A DNA stretch of 64,000 nucleotides from Desulfobacterales bacterium (GTDB lineage: Bacteria; Desulfobacterota; Desulfobacteria; Desulfobacterales; JAHDSC01): positions 72,363 to 136,362 of the forward strand of contig JAFGES010000129.1 in NCBI GenBank assembly GCA_016931455.1. The letters are read 5' to 3'. Under the pieces are notes generated by a model that saw nothing but the letters and a program-made list of their open reading frames with translations, was not told the DNA's origin and searched no databases. Below are positions 20,581 through 31,148 of the stretch, piece after piece. Position 1 is the stretch's first letter; every line of letters begins with the position of its first letter. Made by a program: the position numbers and the translations under genes.

Positions 20581-20629
20581 GTTTTAAAAACAAGCTAGCA
20601 TAATGAGTATCAGGTGATACTCATTATGC
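20581..20629 (-). terminator. Strong hairpin between jag and mnmE (terminator or attenuator-like)
   Basis: Perfect 14-bp stem GCATAATGAGTATC (20598-20611) / GATACTCATTATGC (20616-20629) with a 4-nt loop. On the minus strand a U-run follows after about 7 nt. Confidence 0.5.
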
Positions 20630-20663
20630 AATAAAAATATTTGATTTAGAAATGTGATGAAAA

Positions 20664-21473
20664 TTAGGATGGATTTCCTTTTTTGCGATAATTATAATTA
20701 TTTTTTTTGGGGAAAATGACAAGTTTTCGGTAAAATCCATCACCAATGCTCAGGGTTCTCACGTTATGTTCATCCTTTAGGGCAATGTGAACGATTCTCC
20801 TGTCATGAGAATTCAACTGCCCAATGGTAACCGGCTTCCCGGAGCGCTTAACTTTTTCTGAAAGCCGCAGTGCCAGTCTTTGTAAATTAGCTTTTTTTGC
20901 TTCCAGATATCCTTCGACATCAATTTGAATGCGAATCCTTTGCTCGTTGTGTTTGTTGATGATCTTTTCAACGAGATAGTGAATTGCTTCCAGAGTTTGG
21001 CCGCGTTTACCAATTAAAACGGCAGAGTTTCCACCTTTGACGTGAAATAAAATTCTATCTGAATCTGCTTGGGCCGTTATTTCAGCATCGGTGGTTATTA
21101 AATTAATTATGTTCTGCAAAATATTTTTCCCAAGAGTTAAAGGATCATCAGGAAAATTAGTATCATTAGTATTATCATCAGAAGGATTAAAAGTTGCTTC
21201 AATCAAAGAGCTGACGCTATTCAAAATACTTTCATGAGAATCATTTTTTTGGTTATTTTTTTTTGGTTTTTGATCGTTTTTCTGAATATAAGATTCTTCA
21301 GGAAAGGTAACGGAAATTTTTGCTCTTTTTGATCCCACTAGACCGAAAATGCCGGTAGATCCATAGGAAATTACATCGTATTTTAATTTGTCGATAGGTA
21401 TGTTCAGTTTTTCAGAGGCTTTTTTAGTTGCCTTTTCAATATTTTTGCCTTCAAATTCCAAACAAGGCATCAT
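20664..21473 (-). CDS. jag: Jag/KhpB-type RNA-binding protein (Jag_N, KH, R3H domains)
   Basis: The C-terminal R3H block (L.PM.S.DRRIVH.AL in its form LNSHDRRIVHIALKD) and a KH-like block LIGKRGQTLEAI are present. The position between yidC and mnmE is conserved. Confidence 0.85.
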   Translation of the reverse strand: MMPCLEFEGKNIEKATKKASEKLNIPIDKLKYDVISYGSTGIFGLVGSKRAKISVTFPEESYIQKNDQKPKKNNQKNDSHESILNSVSSLIEATFNPSDDNTNDTNFPDDPLTLGKNILQNIINLITTDAEITAQADSDRILFHVKGGNSAVLIGKRGQTLEAIHYLVEKIINKHNEQRIRIQIDVEGYLEAKKANLQRLALRLSEKVKRSGKPVTIGQLNSHDRRIVHIALKDEHNVRTLSIGDGFYRKLVIFPKKNNYNYRKKGNPS

Positions 21474-21488
21474 GCATTCCCTCCGTCA

Positions 21489-23156
21489 TTAAGCAGTTTT
21501 CTTTTGAATGTAATATTGTTGTGAAATAGATAGGATGTTGTTTACGAGCCAGTATAAAACGAGACCGGATGAAAAGTTAATAAAAATGAAAGTGAAAAAA
21601 ACAGGCATCAACATCATAAATTTAGCTTGTCCGGGATCGCCGGGGGCGGGAGACATTTTTTGTTGTAAGAACATTGTGGCCCCCATAATTATGGTTAAAA
21701 CAGGAATCCCATAAGGAGGTTCCATCAAAGGAACTGTAAAATTAAAATGAAAAAGCCGATCCGGTGCGGATAAATCATTAATCCAACCAAAAAAAGGGGC
21801 GTGTCGAAGCTCGATAGCTTCGTAAAGCATCCGATAAAGAGCAAAAAATACTGGAATCTGGAAAATCATAGGTAGGCAACCACCCATGGGGTTGACTTTA
21901 TATATTTTATATAATCCCATGATTTCTTGATTCATTTGTTTTTTGTCATTCTTGTATTTTTCTCTTATTTCGGCCATCAACGGCTGGAGTTTTTTCATCT
22001 CACTCATTGACTTATAACTTTTGGATCCTAATGGCCATAGTATGATTTTGGTAAAAATCGTTAAAATTATGATCGCGATACCGTAGTTTGGGATAATTCC
22101 GTATAGAAAATTCATAAACCATAGGCATGGCTTGGCAATGATATCAAACATTCCGAAATTTATTGCTTTTTTTAAATCATAATCGATGCTGTTCAAAATT
22201 TTCATACTCTTTGGTCCGAAAAATATATTGAAATCATAGCTTTTTTGGGTATTCGGCTTAATTTCGAATGTCGGCAACAAAAACTGATTTTCCAATATTT
22301 TTCCATTATTTTTAAGCTCAAGATGCATGCTCGCTTGGGTTGGTTCGATAGGAACAATACTTGACATGAAATAACGGTCTTCAATCGCAATCCATTTTAA
22401 TTCGCCCTTATAAATATTTTTGTCTTCAATGGATTTCAATTTAACCTGTTCCAAGTTGCCGTCAATCAATGCACTGGGGCCTTCAAAACCATATCGGCTT
22501 GAATCTTCGGGGGGCGTATTGATTAAAGATAATAAAAGGTTGTCTTCAAAAGTTTGATTGGAACCATTTTTAATCGTCAATTTTAGACCGATCAAATATG
22601 TCGACGGTGAAAAAAGTAATCTTTTTTCAAAAATAATTCCTTGTGGAGATACCCATGAAAACAAAATTTCTTCCGGTTTATCAGAAATGTTGACCGAATC
22701 AGATTGAATGTTGGTTCGGAAAACAGCATTTTTTAGATCGGGAAAATTATTTCCGGAAAATTCCGTTTGAATTGTACCGGAAATTATATCCTCAGGTATC
22801 AAAGCTTTTAATGCAGAATTTTTATCAACACTTTCCCTGTAATTCTTTAAAATAAGACTTTTAAATACACCCCCTTTTTCGGAAATTGTTGCCAAGTATA
22901 AGGGTGTGTTTATAGTTAGCTGCCGATAGTCAATAAGTGGTTCCGGTGAATCGTCTTCAACAGGCAAATTTTCATTGGGTAAGTTGCCTTTAAAGTCACT
23001 TAGGTAGGGCTCTTCCTTTGTTATTTGAGCATTATTTAGATTCTCTTTTGATTTTTGGATCGCTTCTTTATCAACAAAAAAGTATTCCCATAAAAAAAAT
23101 ACTACAAAAGCAAGAACTATAGCGAATAGAAAGCGGAGTTGTTCCATAATCTTCAA
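21489..23156 (-). CDS. yidC: Membrane protein insertase YidC
   Basis: 555 aa with a large periplasmic domain followed by the conserved 60-kDa IMP core: GIAIIILT...K..L.PL, M..LYK...VNP..GCLP...Q.P.FFALY. Confidence 0.93.
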   Translation of the reverse strand: MKIMEQLRFLFAIVLAFVVFFLWEYFFVDKEAIQKSKENLNNAQITKEEPYLSDFKGNLPNENLPVEDDSPEPLIDYRQLTINTPLYLATISEKGGVFKSLILKNYRESVDKNSALKALIPEDIISGTIQTEFSGNNFPDLKNAVFRTNIQSDSVNISDKPEEILFSWVSPQGIIFEKRLLFSPSTYLIGLKLTIKNGSNQTFEDNLLLSLINTPPEDSSRYGFEGPSALIDGNLEQVKLKSIEDKNIYKGELKWIAIEDRYFMSSIVPIEPTQASMHLELKNNGKILENQFLLPTFEIKPNTQKSYDFNIFFGPKSMKILNSIDYDLKKAINFGMFDIIAKPCLWFMNFLYGIIPNYGIAIIILTIFTKIILWPLGSKSYKSMSEMKKLQPLMAEIREKYKNDKKQMNQEIMGLYKIYKVNPMGGCLPMIFQIPVFFALYRMLYEAIELRHAPFFGWINDLSAPDRLFHFNFTVPLMEPPYGIPVLTIIMGATMFLQQKMSPAPGDPGQAKFMMLMPVFFTFIFINFSSGLVLYWLVNNILSISQQYYIQKKTA

Positions 23157-23455
23157 TTTTCCTCAAAATAATTAAAAATATACGATTAGATTCATATAAG
23201 TGGGCAAATTATAGTCGATTGGATGCAGGGGCAAATTTTTTGCAGGATGTCTTAGAAGTTAAAAATGGATCGCATTCAGCTTGATATATCTATATTTTCA
23301 TTAAGTTCAAAATGTTATAATCTGACGGAAATACGATATCGGGTTATCCCAGTCAAATATATATCAAGTTTACGGCCTTTTAAATTCGTTAATATCTCAC
23401 AATAAATAGATCGCGGGGATGCAATTTATAGGATAGTATTTTACGAAATCATCCT

Positions 23456-23692
23456 TTAGGGCACGGGATCATATCCCCCCGGATTAAAAGGATGGCACCG
23501 TAGAATTCTTTTCAAAGCGAGAAACAATCCTTTACCGGTGCCATACCGTGTAATAGCTTGATAAGCATAATCCGAGCAGGTTGGGTTAAAACGGCAAGCT
23601 TGGCCCAGAACTGGTGACACTAAATATTGATAGATCTTTATTAGCAACAGCAGTGTTTTTCTAGTGATCAAAATTCCTCGATATTCTGTCAA
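23456..23692 (-). CDS. yidD: Membrane protein insertion efficiency factor YidD
   Basis: YQ..VSP.LG..CRF.PTCS.YA..AI..YG..KG......[14 protein letters not shown] is present. Confidence 0.92.
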   Translation of the reverse strand: MTEYRGILITRKTLLLLIKIYQYLVSPVLGQACRFNPTCSDYAYQAITRYGTGKGLFLALKRILRCHPFNPGGYDPVP

Positions 23693-24017
23693 AGATATTT
23701 TGCAGCGATAAAAAAACCTGGTCTGATGACAAGTTGCAAATTTCTTTCTTAGCGATGATGTTTATATCCCACGTGCCTGCGATTTTGTGCTTATTCAATC
23801 GAAAATATTCACGAGAAAACCGTTTAATCCTATTGCGTTTTGTAGCTTTTCCAACCTTTTTTGTTACGGTGATACCTAAACGTGTTCGATCAAACTCTCC
23901 CGGAGAAAATGCGCAAATGAAATATCTGTTGGAAATTGTTTTGCCGAATCTCGATAGATGCATATATTGACTTCGTTTCAAGATTCTATCTTCTTTTGTG
24001 AAGGAGAAAAAGCCCAA
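23661..24017 (-). CDS. rnpA: Ribonuclease P protein component
   Basis: Basic 118-aa protein with RLGITV.KKVG.A..RNR.KR (RNR motif). It lies between rpmH and yidD, and its 3' end overlaps yidD. Confidence 0.9.
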   Translation of the reverse strand: MGFFSFTKEDRILKRSQYMHLSRFGKTISNRYFICAFSPGEFDRTRLGITVTKKVGKATKRNRIKRFSREYFRLNKHKIAGTWDINIIAKKEICNLSSDQVFLSLQNIFDRISRNFDH

Positions 24018-24087
24018 AATATAAATCGCCTCTGCAACCGATTATTTTAGATAATGCCTTTCAAAATTTTTTTGCAATAGTATTAGG

Positions 24088-24222
24088 TTATACGGATAAA
24101 CGCTTTCGCCCTTTTGCCCGACGGCGCTTAATAATTCTTCTCCCCTGTTTTGTAGACATCCTTTTCAGAAAGCCGTGAGTTCTGGCACGCTTAATTCTAC
24201 TAGGTTGATACGTACGTTTCAT
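24088..24222 (-). CDS. rpmH: 50S ribosomal protein L34
   Basis: Not in the ORF track because it is under 60 aa. Minus-strand translation gives [44 protein letters not shown]. Confidence 0.95.
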   Translation of the reverse strand: MKRTYQPSRIKRARTHGFLKRMSTKQGRRIIKRRRAKGRKRLSV

Positions 24223-24442
24223 AATAAGAATCCCTTATTCTCAAATATTTAAATAATGAATATTAACAGTATGTGACGGCGTCGTAAAAAGTACAATTTT
24301 GACTTTTTACGAGTTCAACAAGTTCCTCATCCGTATGTAATTATTTGTTAAAAAATTAATTTATATTCATCGCTTCTTGAAGACTTTTGTGCAAAAAATT
24401 TAATCAATATATTAAAACACAATTGTGCAATTATATCAATAA

Positions 24443-27010
24443 TCAAATTTTGACGGCATCGTAAAAAAGTCCGTTTTCTGCGTTGTGCTTCATTTCGTGT
24501 TCCCTTTTATTATTTTTAACGATAGCAGCTATTTTAATATTTTTTTCCGACAAGCTGAATATTTTTGAAATGGCCTCTATGGGGCGTACGGTTTTTTCTG
24601 CTTGTGATTGAATGGTTATTTCAAGCTTAGAAGGTGCCAGTAAATCGATTTTTAAAATAAATTTTTTAAGATCTATGGTACTTGTTTTTCCTTTTCGATT
24701 GGTTCGTGAATAGATAAGCTCGGGCCTGCTTTTGTAATATGCTAATTCGCCTTTATCAAACACAGCGTCTTTGAGTGTAACAATATAGTTGTTAGATGTC
24801 GGTTTGTTAAAAAGGGCCTTGTGAGAAGCAAGCAAACATTCATTTACGAAAAGTCCTGTCGGAAGATGTTTGTTTAAGCCTTCGGTTACATCCCGAGGCT
24901 TTATAGCTTCAGGCACCGTTAAGTAGAAAAATTCTTCTACACTTTCAATACCGATGGGTAGGGGGTCATCAAAAGAAATTTTAGGCAAAGGATGAAAACC
25001 TTCTGAAAATTTAACCGGAATTTCAGCACGTTTAAGGGCACGAGTAATTACATTAACAAGTTCCAAATGGCCTAGGTGCTTGGCTATATTCTGCTTAGAA
25101 TAAGATACTTTAAATGTTTTATATGATGGATTGGGAATCGTTTTTGGTTTTAGGGCATCATCATTTTCCATCACACAAGGCGCAGATATTTTCGGCTGCA
25201 AAACCTGAAAATCACATACACCACATTTTTTGCATTCGCCGTTGCGGCAATCCAACGTGGGTTGCTCCTGGATAGCCTTTATCCATTCAGTTTTCAGAAA
25301 ATTTTTAGTTACTTTTGAATCAACATGATCCCAGGGAAGCGCCTCTGCTAAATTTCTTTGCCGAGTGGTATAGAAATTAAGATCAATGCCTTCCGACTGC
25401 AAAGCGCATTCCCACAAATTATAATGAAATTTGTCGCTCCATCCATCAAATTTGCATCCTTTTTTATAGGCACTGACTAATAAATGACTGAGACGTCTGT
25501 CACCGCGGGCAAAAAGCCCTTCAAGGATGCTAACCTCCGGATTTTGCCATTTGAATTGAATGCCCGGTAATCGAAGCGCGTTTTGCAACCACTTGATTTT
25601 TTCTTTTGATTCCCTGAGCACCATCTGTGAGGCCCATTGAAACGGTGTATGTGCTTTGGGTATAAATGTGGCGACACTGACATTGAGTCTGCATTTTTGA
25701 CCCTTTTCACCTTTAAGTTTTCTAAGTTTTTTGACCAGATCGATCAGTGACTGCAGATCTTCATCGGTTTCAGTGGGAAGCCCGATCATAAAATATAATT
25801 TTATCACCTGCCAGCCCATTATAAATGTTGCACTAACCGTATCGATGATTTCTTTTTCGGTAATATTTTTGTTGATAACATTGCGAAGTCTTTGACTGCC
25901 GGCTTCCGGTGCTATTGTGAAACCGGTTTTGCGCACTTTTTTAATAAGATGCATCAGTTCCGGTGTTAGGGTACCGGCGCGAAGCGAGGGCAGTGACACG
26001 GAAATGTGCTCTGTTTCGCATTGAAGCATAAGGCGTTGCAGCAAGGGTGTAATACATGAATAATCACCGGTACTTAATGATAATAATGATATATCTTCGT
26101 ATCCGGTGGAATGAATTGAATCGTTAAACAATGTAATTAAATTATCCATTGACCTTTCACGGATGGGCCGGTAAATCATTCCAGCTTGGCAAAATCGGCA
26201 TCCTCGGCTGCATCCTCTTGCCACTTCAAGGCGAAGACGATCATGGATCGTCTTTCCATAAGGAATTATCGGGGCATCCGGAAAAGGGGTATGGTCTAAA
26301 TCTTCGATAATTGCTCTTTTAACTTTACTGTAATTTGAAAGCTTCGGCCTAAGCGATTGAAAACCGGATTTATCATATTCGGTTTCAAAAAATGTAGGTA
26401 TATAGACGCCTTCAATCTTCGACCACATTTTTAAAAGCTCATCTTTATCACGATGAGAACTATCATTCCACTTGATCCAGCTGAGAGACATTTCCATCGC
26501 AACTCTCTCGCCATCACCGACCACAATGGCATCAAAAAAATCGGCAAAAGGTTCAGGGTTGCATGTGCAAGTCCCTCCGCCGATTATTAACGGATGAGAA
26601 GTATCTCGTTGTGAAGCGAAAAAAGGAATCTTTGCAAGCTCTAGTATGGTCAGAACGTTAGTAAAATTAAGTTCATAAAGAAGGCTGAAGCCGATTATAT
26701 TAAATTCGTTGATCGGTTTTTGAGATTCCAGTGATACGAGTGGAATATCGTATTTTCTAAGATAAGCCTCCATGTCGATTCCAGGTGCAAAAATTCTTTC
26801 GGCAGCAATTTCCGTACAACTGTTTAAAATAGAATAAAGGATTTGAATGCCGAAATTAGACATTCCGATTTCATACAAATCCGGAAAGGCAAGTAGAAAA
26901 GAAAGCTTAACCTTATTATGATTTTTTTTGATGCGATTGACTTCCGAGCCTAAATATCGGCTGGGTTGTTCAACAAGTGGTAAGATATCTTGAATGCTTT
27001 TAATGACCAT
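24443..27010 (-). CDS. Fused B12-binding-like/radical-SAM protein with a C-terminal DUF2344-type domain (TIGR03960 plus TIGR03936-like architecture)
   Basis: 855 aa with radical-SAM cluster motif CSRGCRFC. The architecture is recalled from uncharacterised rSAM fusions, and function is unknown. Confidence 0.75.
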   Translation of the reverse strand: MVIKSIQDILPLVEQPSRYLGSEVNRIKKNHNKVKLSFLLAFPDLYEIGMSNFGIQILYSILNSCTEIAAERIFAPGIDMEAYLRKYDIPLVSLESQKPINEFNIIGFSLLYELNFTNVLTILELAKIPFFASQRDTSHPLIIGGGTCTCNPEPFADFFDAIVVGDGERVAMEMSLSWIKWNDSSHRDKDELLKMWSKIEGVYIPTFFETEYDKSGFQSLRPKLSNYSKVKRAIIEDLDHTPFPDAPIIPYGKTIHDRLRLEVARGCSRGCRFCQAGMIYRPIRERSMDNLITLFNDSIHSTGYEDISLLSLSTGDYSCITPLLQRLMLQCETEHISVSLPSLRAGTLTPELMHLIKKVRKTGFTIAPEAGSQRLRNVINKNITEKEIIDTVSATFIMGWQVIKLYFMIGLPTETDEDLQSLIDLVKKLRKLKGEKGQKCRLNVSVATFIPKAHTPFQWASQMVLRESKEKIKWLQNALRLPGIQFKWQNPEVSILEGLFARGDRRLSHLLVSAYKKGCKFDGWSDKFHYNLWECALQSEGIDLNFYTTRQRNLAEALPWDHVDSKVTKNFLKTEWIKAIQEQPTLDCRNGECKKCGVCDFQVLQPKISAPCVMENDDALKPKTIPNPSYKTFKVSYSKQNIAKHLGHLELVNVITRALKRAEIPVKFSEGFHPLPKISFDDPLPIGIESVEEFFYLTVPEAIKPRDVTEGLNKHLPTGLFVNECLLASHKALFNKPTSNNYIVTLKDAVFDKGELAYYKSRPELIYSRTNRKGKTSTIDLKKFILKIDLLAPSKLEITIQSQAEKTVRPIEAISKIFSLSEKNIKIAAIVKNNKREHEMKHNAENGLFYDAVKI

Positions 27011-27063
27011 GTTATATTATTCAAAAAAAGTTAAAAAATAATTAAAAATACAAACTATTTAAC

Positions 27064-28479
27064 ATGCCAAAATTTAAAATGAGAATCAATAAAAAATTAC
27101 ATAAATCCGTATGTATATTTTTTCAAATACTATTTTTTTTCGTATTGTATCATCCGAACACGATTTATGCGGAATACATACGGGAAAATGCTGTCGTCAG
27201 GGCTGTCAATAAGGTAAGCGCTGCCGTTGTCAATATAAGCTCAGAATATGAGGTTCATAAAAAAGTCAATCCGTTTTCAGGATTTGGGCTAGATCCTTTT
27301 TTCGATTCTTTTTTTAGGGATTTTTTTGAGCCGGGTTTGGAGCAGCAATATAAAAAGACCAGTTTAGGCTCAGGTGTAATTATAGATGGCGAAAGGGGTT
27401 TTATTCTTACCAATGCACATGTCATTGCCAAAGCAGGAAAGATTACGGCTGTTTTAAAAGATGAGCGTGAATTTGAAACCCAGATTGTGGGAGCGGATCC
27501 GGATTCGGATCTTGCAATTTTGCGAATCGATTCAAAAAAGCCGCTTCCGGCAATTGATATGGGCGATTCCGATGATCTTATGATTGGTGAAACGGTTATC
27601 GCCATCGGAAACCCGTTTGGATTTTCAAACACCGTAACAACCGGTGTTATTAGTGCATTAAACAGAAGCATAAGAACAGATGACAGAGTCTACCATAATT
27701 TTATACAAACCGATGCTTCAATTAATCCGGGAAACAGCGGTGGGCCGCTTTTGAACATAAACGGTGAACTCATTGGAATTAATACCGCCATATATGCAAA
27801 AGCCCAGGGTATCGGTTTTGCCATTCCGATCAACAGGGCTAAAAGAATCATATCCGATCTTATTCAGTATGGAGAAGTTATACCTGCATGGATAGGTATT
27901 AATATTCAGAATCTGGATGTACAACTGGCTCAATATTTAAAATTATCTAAAATTAGGGGGATTCTGGTTAAAGGTGTTGAGAGCAATGGTCCTGCAAATA
28001 AAGCGGGTATTTTGGAAGGTGACATCATTTTATCCATTGAAAATCGGAACATCCAGTCCCCTCAAGATTATTTAAACGTTTTGAAAGATTTTTCAGCCGG
28101 CGACAACCTAAGAATGGAAGTCTGGCGAAATGGAAAAATACATACATTTTCGATTGTTGCAGAAGTATTCCCGGTAGACCGAGCCATGGATCTTGCTTAT
28201 AGACTTCTAGGGATAAAAGTTGAAGAATTATCAATTATAAATCGATTTAAATATAAAAAGATTGCCGTAAAAGGCGTTCAGATATCAGAACTTGATCCCC
28301 AATCGTATTTGGCCCGTATCGGCGTTAGACGAGGAGACATTATTCGACAGCTCGATGAGATGATAATCAAAAACACGGATGACTTTAAGAAGGCTATCAT
28401 AAAATATCACCAAAAAACGTCATTGGTAATTCTTTTGCAGCGAGGAGATCAGGGATATTATATTACCGTGAAACTGTAA
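27064..28479 (+). CDS. htrA: Periplasmic serine endoprotease, HtrA/DegP/DegQ family, two PDZ-like regions
   Basis: Signal/TM segment is present. Triad blocks are TNAHV, DSDLAILRI and GNSGGPLLN. PDZ-like blocks occur around GILEGDIILSI and GVRRGDIIRQL. Confidence 0.9.
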   Translation: MPKFKMRINKKLHKSVCIFFQILFFFVLYHPNTIYAEYIRENAVVRAVNKVSAAVVNISSEYEVHKKVNPFSGFGLDPFFDSFFRDFFEPGLEQQYKKTSLGSGVIIDGERGFILTNAHVIAKAGKITAVLKDEREFETQIVGADPDSDLAILRIDSKKPLPAIDMGDSDDLMIGETVIAIGNPFGFSNTVTTGVISALNRSIRTDDRVYHNFIQTDASINPGNSGGPLLNINGELIGINTAIYAKAQGIGFAIPINRAKRIISDLIQYGEVIPAWIGINIQNLDVQLAQYLKLSKIRGILVKGVESNGPANKAGILEGDIILSIENRNIQSPQDYLNVLKDFSAGDNLRMEVWRNGKIHTFSIVAEVFPVDRAMDLAYRLLGIKVEELSIINRFKYKKIAVKGVQISELDPQSYLARIGVRRGDIIRQLDEMIIKNTDDFKKAIIKYHQKTSLVILLQRGDQGYYITVKL

Positions 28480-28607
28480 AAGTTTATTTTTGACGACTAA
28501 ATTAACACTGCTTCTTTTTTTCTGCTTGGAATTTAGCAATCGTCTTTTTAATCAAAATCAAAAGTTGGGAAGTTGACATTTGTTTGGCAAAAATTAAAGG
28601 AAATTAA

Positions 28608-29990
28608 ATGAAGCGTAGTAAAATACGAAATCTTTTGGAAGTGGATGCACCGGAAGAGATTGTTCTTATAAAGGGTTGGATCAAGACCAAGCGTGATTCA
28701 AAAGGTTTTTCTTTTATTGAGGTAAATGACGGGTCTTGTCTTAAAAATATGCAAATTATAGCCGACAAGTCTTTAGAAAATTATGAGGATCTGAATAGCC
28801 TTTCAACCGGAGCTGCAGTTTCTGTAATGGGTCATCTCGCCAAATCACAGGGTAAAGGCCAAAAATGGGAAATTCATGCGCACCGGATAGATATCATCGG
28901 TATCGCTGATCATTCATATCCATTGCAGAAAAAGCGCCATAGTGACGAATTCTTACGAACCATCGCCCATTTAAGACCGCGTACGAACAAATATGGTGCT
29001 TTATTTAGAATCCGATCCGAATTGTCCTATGTAATCCACGAATTTTTTAGAAATAAAGGCTTTGTATATATCCATTCGCCGATTATTACTGCTCTAGATT
29101 GCGAAGGCGCCGGAGAGCTGTTTAAGATTACAACACTAGATCTAAAAGATGTTCGGCAAAAAAATGGGGAGATAGATTATACAAATGATTTTTTCGGCAG
29201 AGGCGCCAACTTGACCGTTTCGGGTCAATTATCCGCCGAGATGTTTGCTTTGGCCCTAGGAGATGTTTACACCTTTGGCCCCACATTCAGGGCTGAAAAT
29301 TCAAACACGAGACGGCACGCGGCGGAATTTTGGATGGTTGAACCGGAAATGTCTTTTTGCGATCTTAAGGCCGATATGGATCTTGCTGAAGAAATGCTTA
29401 AATATCTGACGGCCCATATAATGGAAAAATGCAGGGATGATATCGGTCTTTTTGCTGAATTTGTGGATAAAAATTTAATTTCAACCTTGGAAAATATCAT
29501 AGAGTCAAATTATATTCGTTTATCTTATGAAAAGGCAGTGCATATTTTAAAGCAATCTGAAAGCAAATTTGAATACAAATTAAATTTCGGCGAGGATCTT
29601 AAGTCCGAACACGAACAGTACATCACGGAACATCATTTTAAAAAACCGGTTTTTATATATGATTATCCCAAAGACATCAAACCGTTTTATATGCGATTAA
29701 ATGATGATGGAAAAACCGTGGCGGCAATGGATTTACTTGTGCCGAGAATCGGGGAAATAATCGGTGGAAGTCAGCGCGAAGAACGACTCGATGTTCTTGA
29801 ATCACGAATGGATGAAATCGGCTTATCCAAAAAAAATTACTGGTGGTATCTCGAATCCCGCATGTTCGGTTCCGTTCCTCACAGCGGATTCGGTCTCGGT
29901 TTTGAGCGCTTATTAATGCTTTTAACAGGTATAACAAATATTAGAGATGTCATCCCCTTCCCAAGAACCCCTAACAGCATTGAATTCTAA
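28608..29990 (+). CDS. asnS: Asparagine--tRNA ligase
   Basis: Class IIb OB-fold N-terminus is present. FRAENSNTRRHAAEFWMVEPE and C-terminal GFGLGFERL.M...G..NIRDVIPFPR are typical of AsnS. Confidence 0.92.
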   Translation: MKRSKIRNLLEVDAPEEIVLIKGWIKTKRDSKGFSFIEVNDGSCLKNMQIIADKSLENYEDLNSLSTGAAVSVMGHLAKSQGKGQKWEIHAHRIDIIGIADHSYPLQKKRHSDEFLRTIAHLRPRTNKYGALFRIRSELSYVIHEFFRNKGFVYIHSPIITALDCEGAGELFKITTLDLKDVRQKNGEIDYTNDFFGRGANLTVSGQLSAEMFALALGDVYTFGPTFRAENSNTRRHAAEFWMVEPEMSFCDLKADMDLAEEMLKYLTAHIMEKCRDDIGLFAEFVDKNLISTLENIIESNYIRLSYEKAVHILKQSESKFEYKLNFGEDLKSEHEQYITEHHFKKPVFIYDYPKDIKPFYMRLNDDGKTVAAMDLLVPRIGEIIGGSQREERLDVLESRMDEIGLSKKNYWWYLESRMFGSVPHSGFGLGFERLLMLLTGITNIRDVIPFPRTPNSIEF

Positions 29991-30056
29991 AATTTAATTT
30001 TTTAAAATGAAATTAATATGGGATCCAACTAATTATTATGACGGGAGATTTAAAGA

Positions 30057-31082
30057 ATGAAACTTGGCATAATCGGGCTTCCGCAATCCGGTAAGACGAC
30101 AATATTTGAAGCATTAACACAAACCATTACCGATGGAGGGCATACGGGAGAAGCGCGTATCGGGACAATACGAGTGCCGGATCAGCGGGTGGATATATTG
30201 AGCGAGATGTATAAACCCAAAAAAACCATTTATGCTCAGGTGCAATATTTCATTCCAGCTAAACCCGTTGGTAAAGATAAGGATTCCAATATTTGGACCC
30301 AAGTAAGAGATTGTGATGCTTTAATTCATGTAATTCGAAACTTCGGCGGATACGGATTTGAGGCACCTAATCCGTTGGATGATTTTATCAAACTGGATCA
30401 GGAAATGATTTTTTCCGATTTGGTTGTGGTCGAAAAACGTTTAGAACGAATCGAACTTGAGCAAAAAAGAGGAAAAAAAATCGACCAGGAAGAAATTTCA
30501 CTATTAAATGAATGTGCTAAAAATCTTGAACAGGAGATCCCTTTGAGAAGGTGCGCGGATTTTGTCGGTGCTCCGCTTCTCAGAGGCTATGCCTTCATTT
30601 CGGCAAAACCGATGTTGGTTCTATTCAATAATGAAGATGAGGACGATAACCTGCCGAATTTAAAAGAATTGATCACAAAGGAAAATTGCAATGTCATCCG
30701 CGGCAAGCTTGAACATGAACTTGCTCAAATGTCTGATGAAGAAGCCGAAGATTTTCTCACGGAATTTAATATCACCGCATCCGCTATGGACCGAGTCATT
30801 CATCAATCCTATGAACTTTTAAATCTTATATCTTTTTTTACCGTCGGTGAAGATGAAGTCAAGGCGTGGACCATAAGAAAGAAGACTCCGGCTGATGAGG
30901 CCGCCGGGGTAATCCATTCAGATATTCAAAAAGGATTTATACGTGCGGAAGTTCTTGCCTATAATGATTTGATGGATGCAGGCACTTATCAGGCAGCAAA
31001 AAAGAAAGGGACCGTCCGGTTGGAAGGCAAAACATACGAAGTTCAAGACGGCGATATTATTAATTTCCGCTTTAATGTTTGA
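30057..31082 (+). CDS. YchF/OLA1-family P-loop protein (DUF933/TGS-like C-terminus), divergent and short form
   Basis: P-loop GLPQSGKTTIFEALT is present, and the C-terminus FIRAEV..Y.DL...G......K.G..RLEGK.Y.VQDGD...FRFNV matches the YchF C-terminal domain. Confidence 0.75.
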   Translation: MKLGIIGLPQSGKTTIFEALTQTITDGGHTGEARIGTIRVPDQRVDILSEMYKPKKTIYAQVQYFIPAKPVGKDKDSNIWTQVRDCDALIHVIRNFGGYGFEAPNPLDDFIKLDQEMIFSDLVVVEKRLERIELEQKRGKKIDQEEISLLNECAKNLEQEIPLRRCADFVGAPLLRGYAFISAKPMLVLFNNEDEDDNLPNLKELITKENCNVIRGKLEHELAQMSDEEAEDFLTEFNITASAMDRVIHQSYELLNLISFFTVGEDEVKAWTIRKKTPADEAAGVIHSDIQKGFIRAEVLAYNDLMDAGTYQAAKKKGTVRLEGKTYEVQDGDIINFRFNV

Positions 31083-31148
31083 TGGGACAAGGTAAGATGC
31101 AGTAGCATGTTCTGGTTGAAAACAAATGAAAGAATAACGGCCGGAATG

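Noticed and set aside
24223-24442. Possible oriC next to rpmH, the classical dnaA-rpmH neighbourhood
   Set aside because: No dnaA gene is adjacent and I found no TTATCCACA/TGTGGATAA-type boxes in this spacer or in the 91-530 AT-rich region. The only near match, TTATCCACG at about 10652, is inside hisG.
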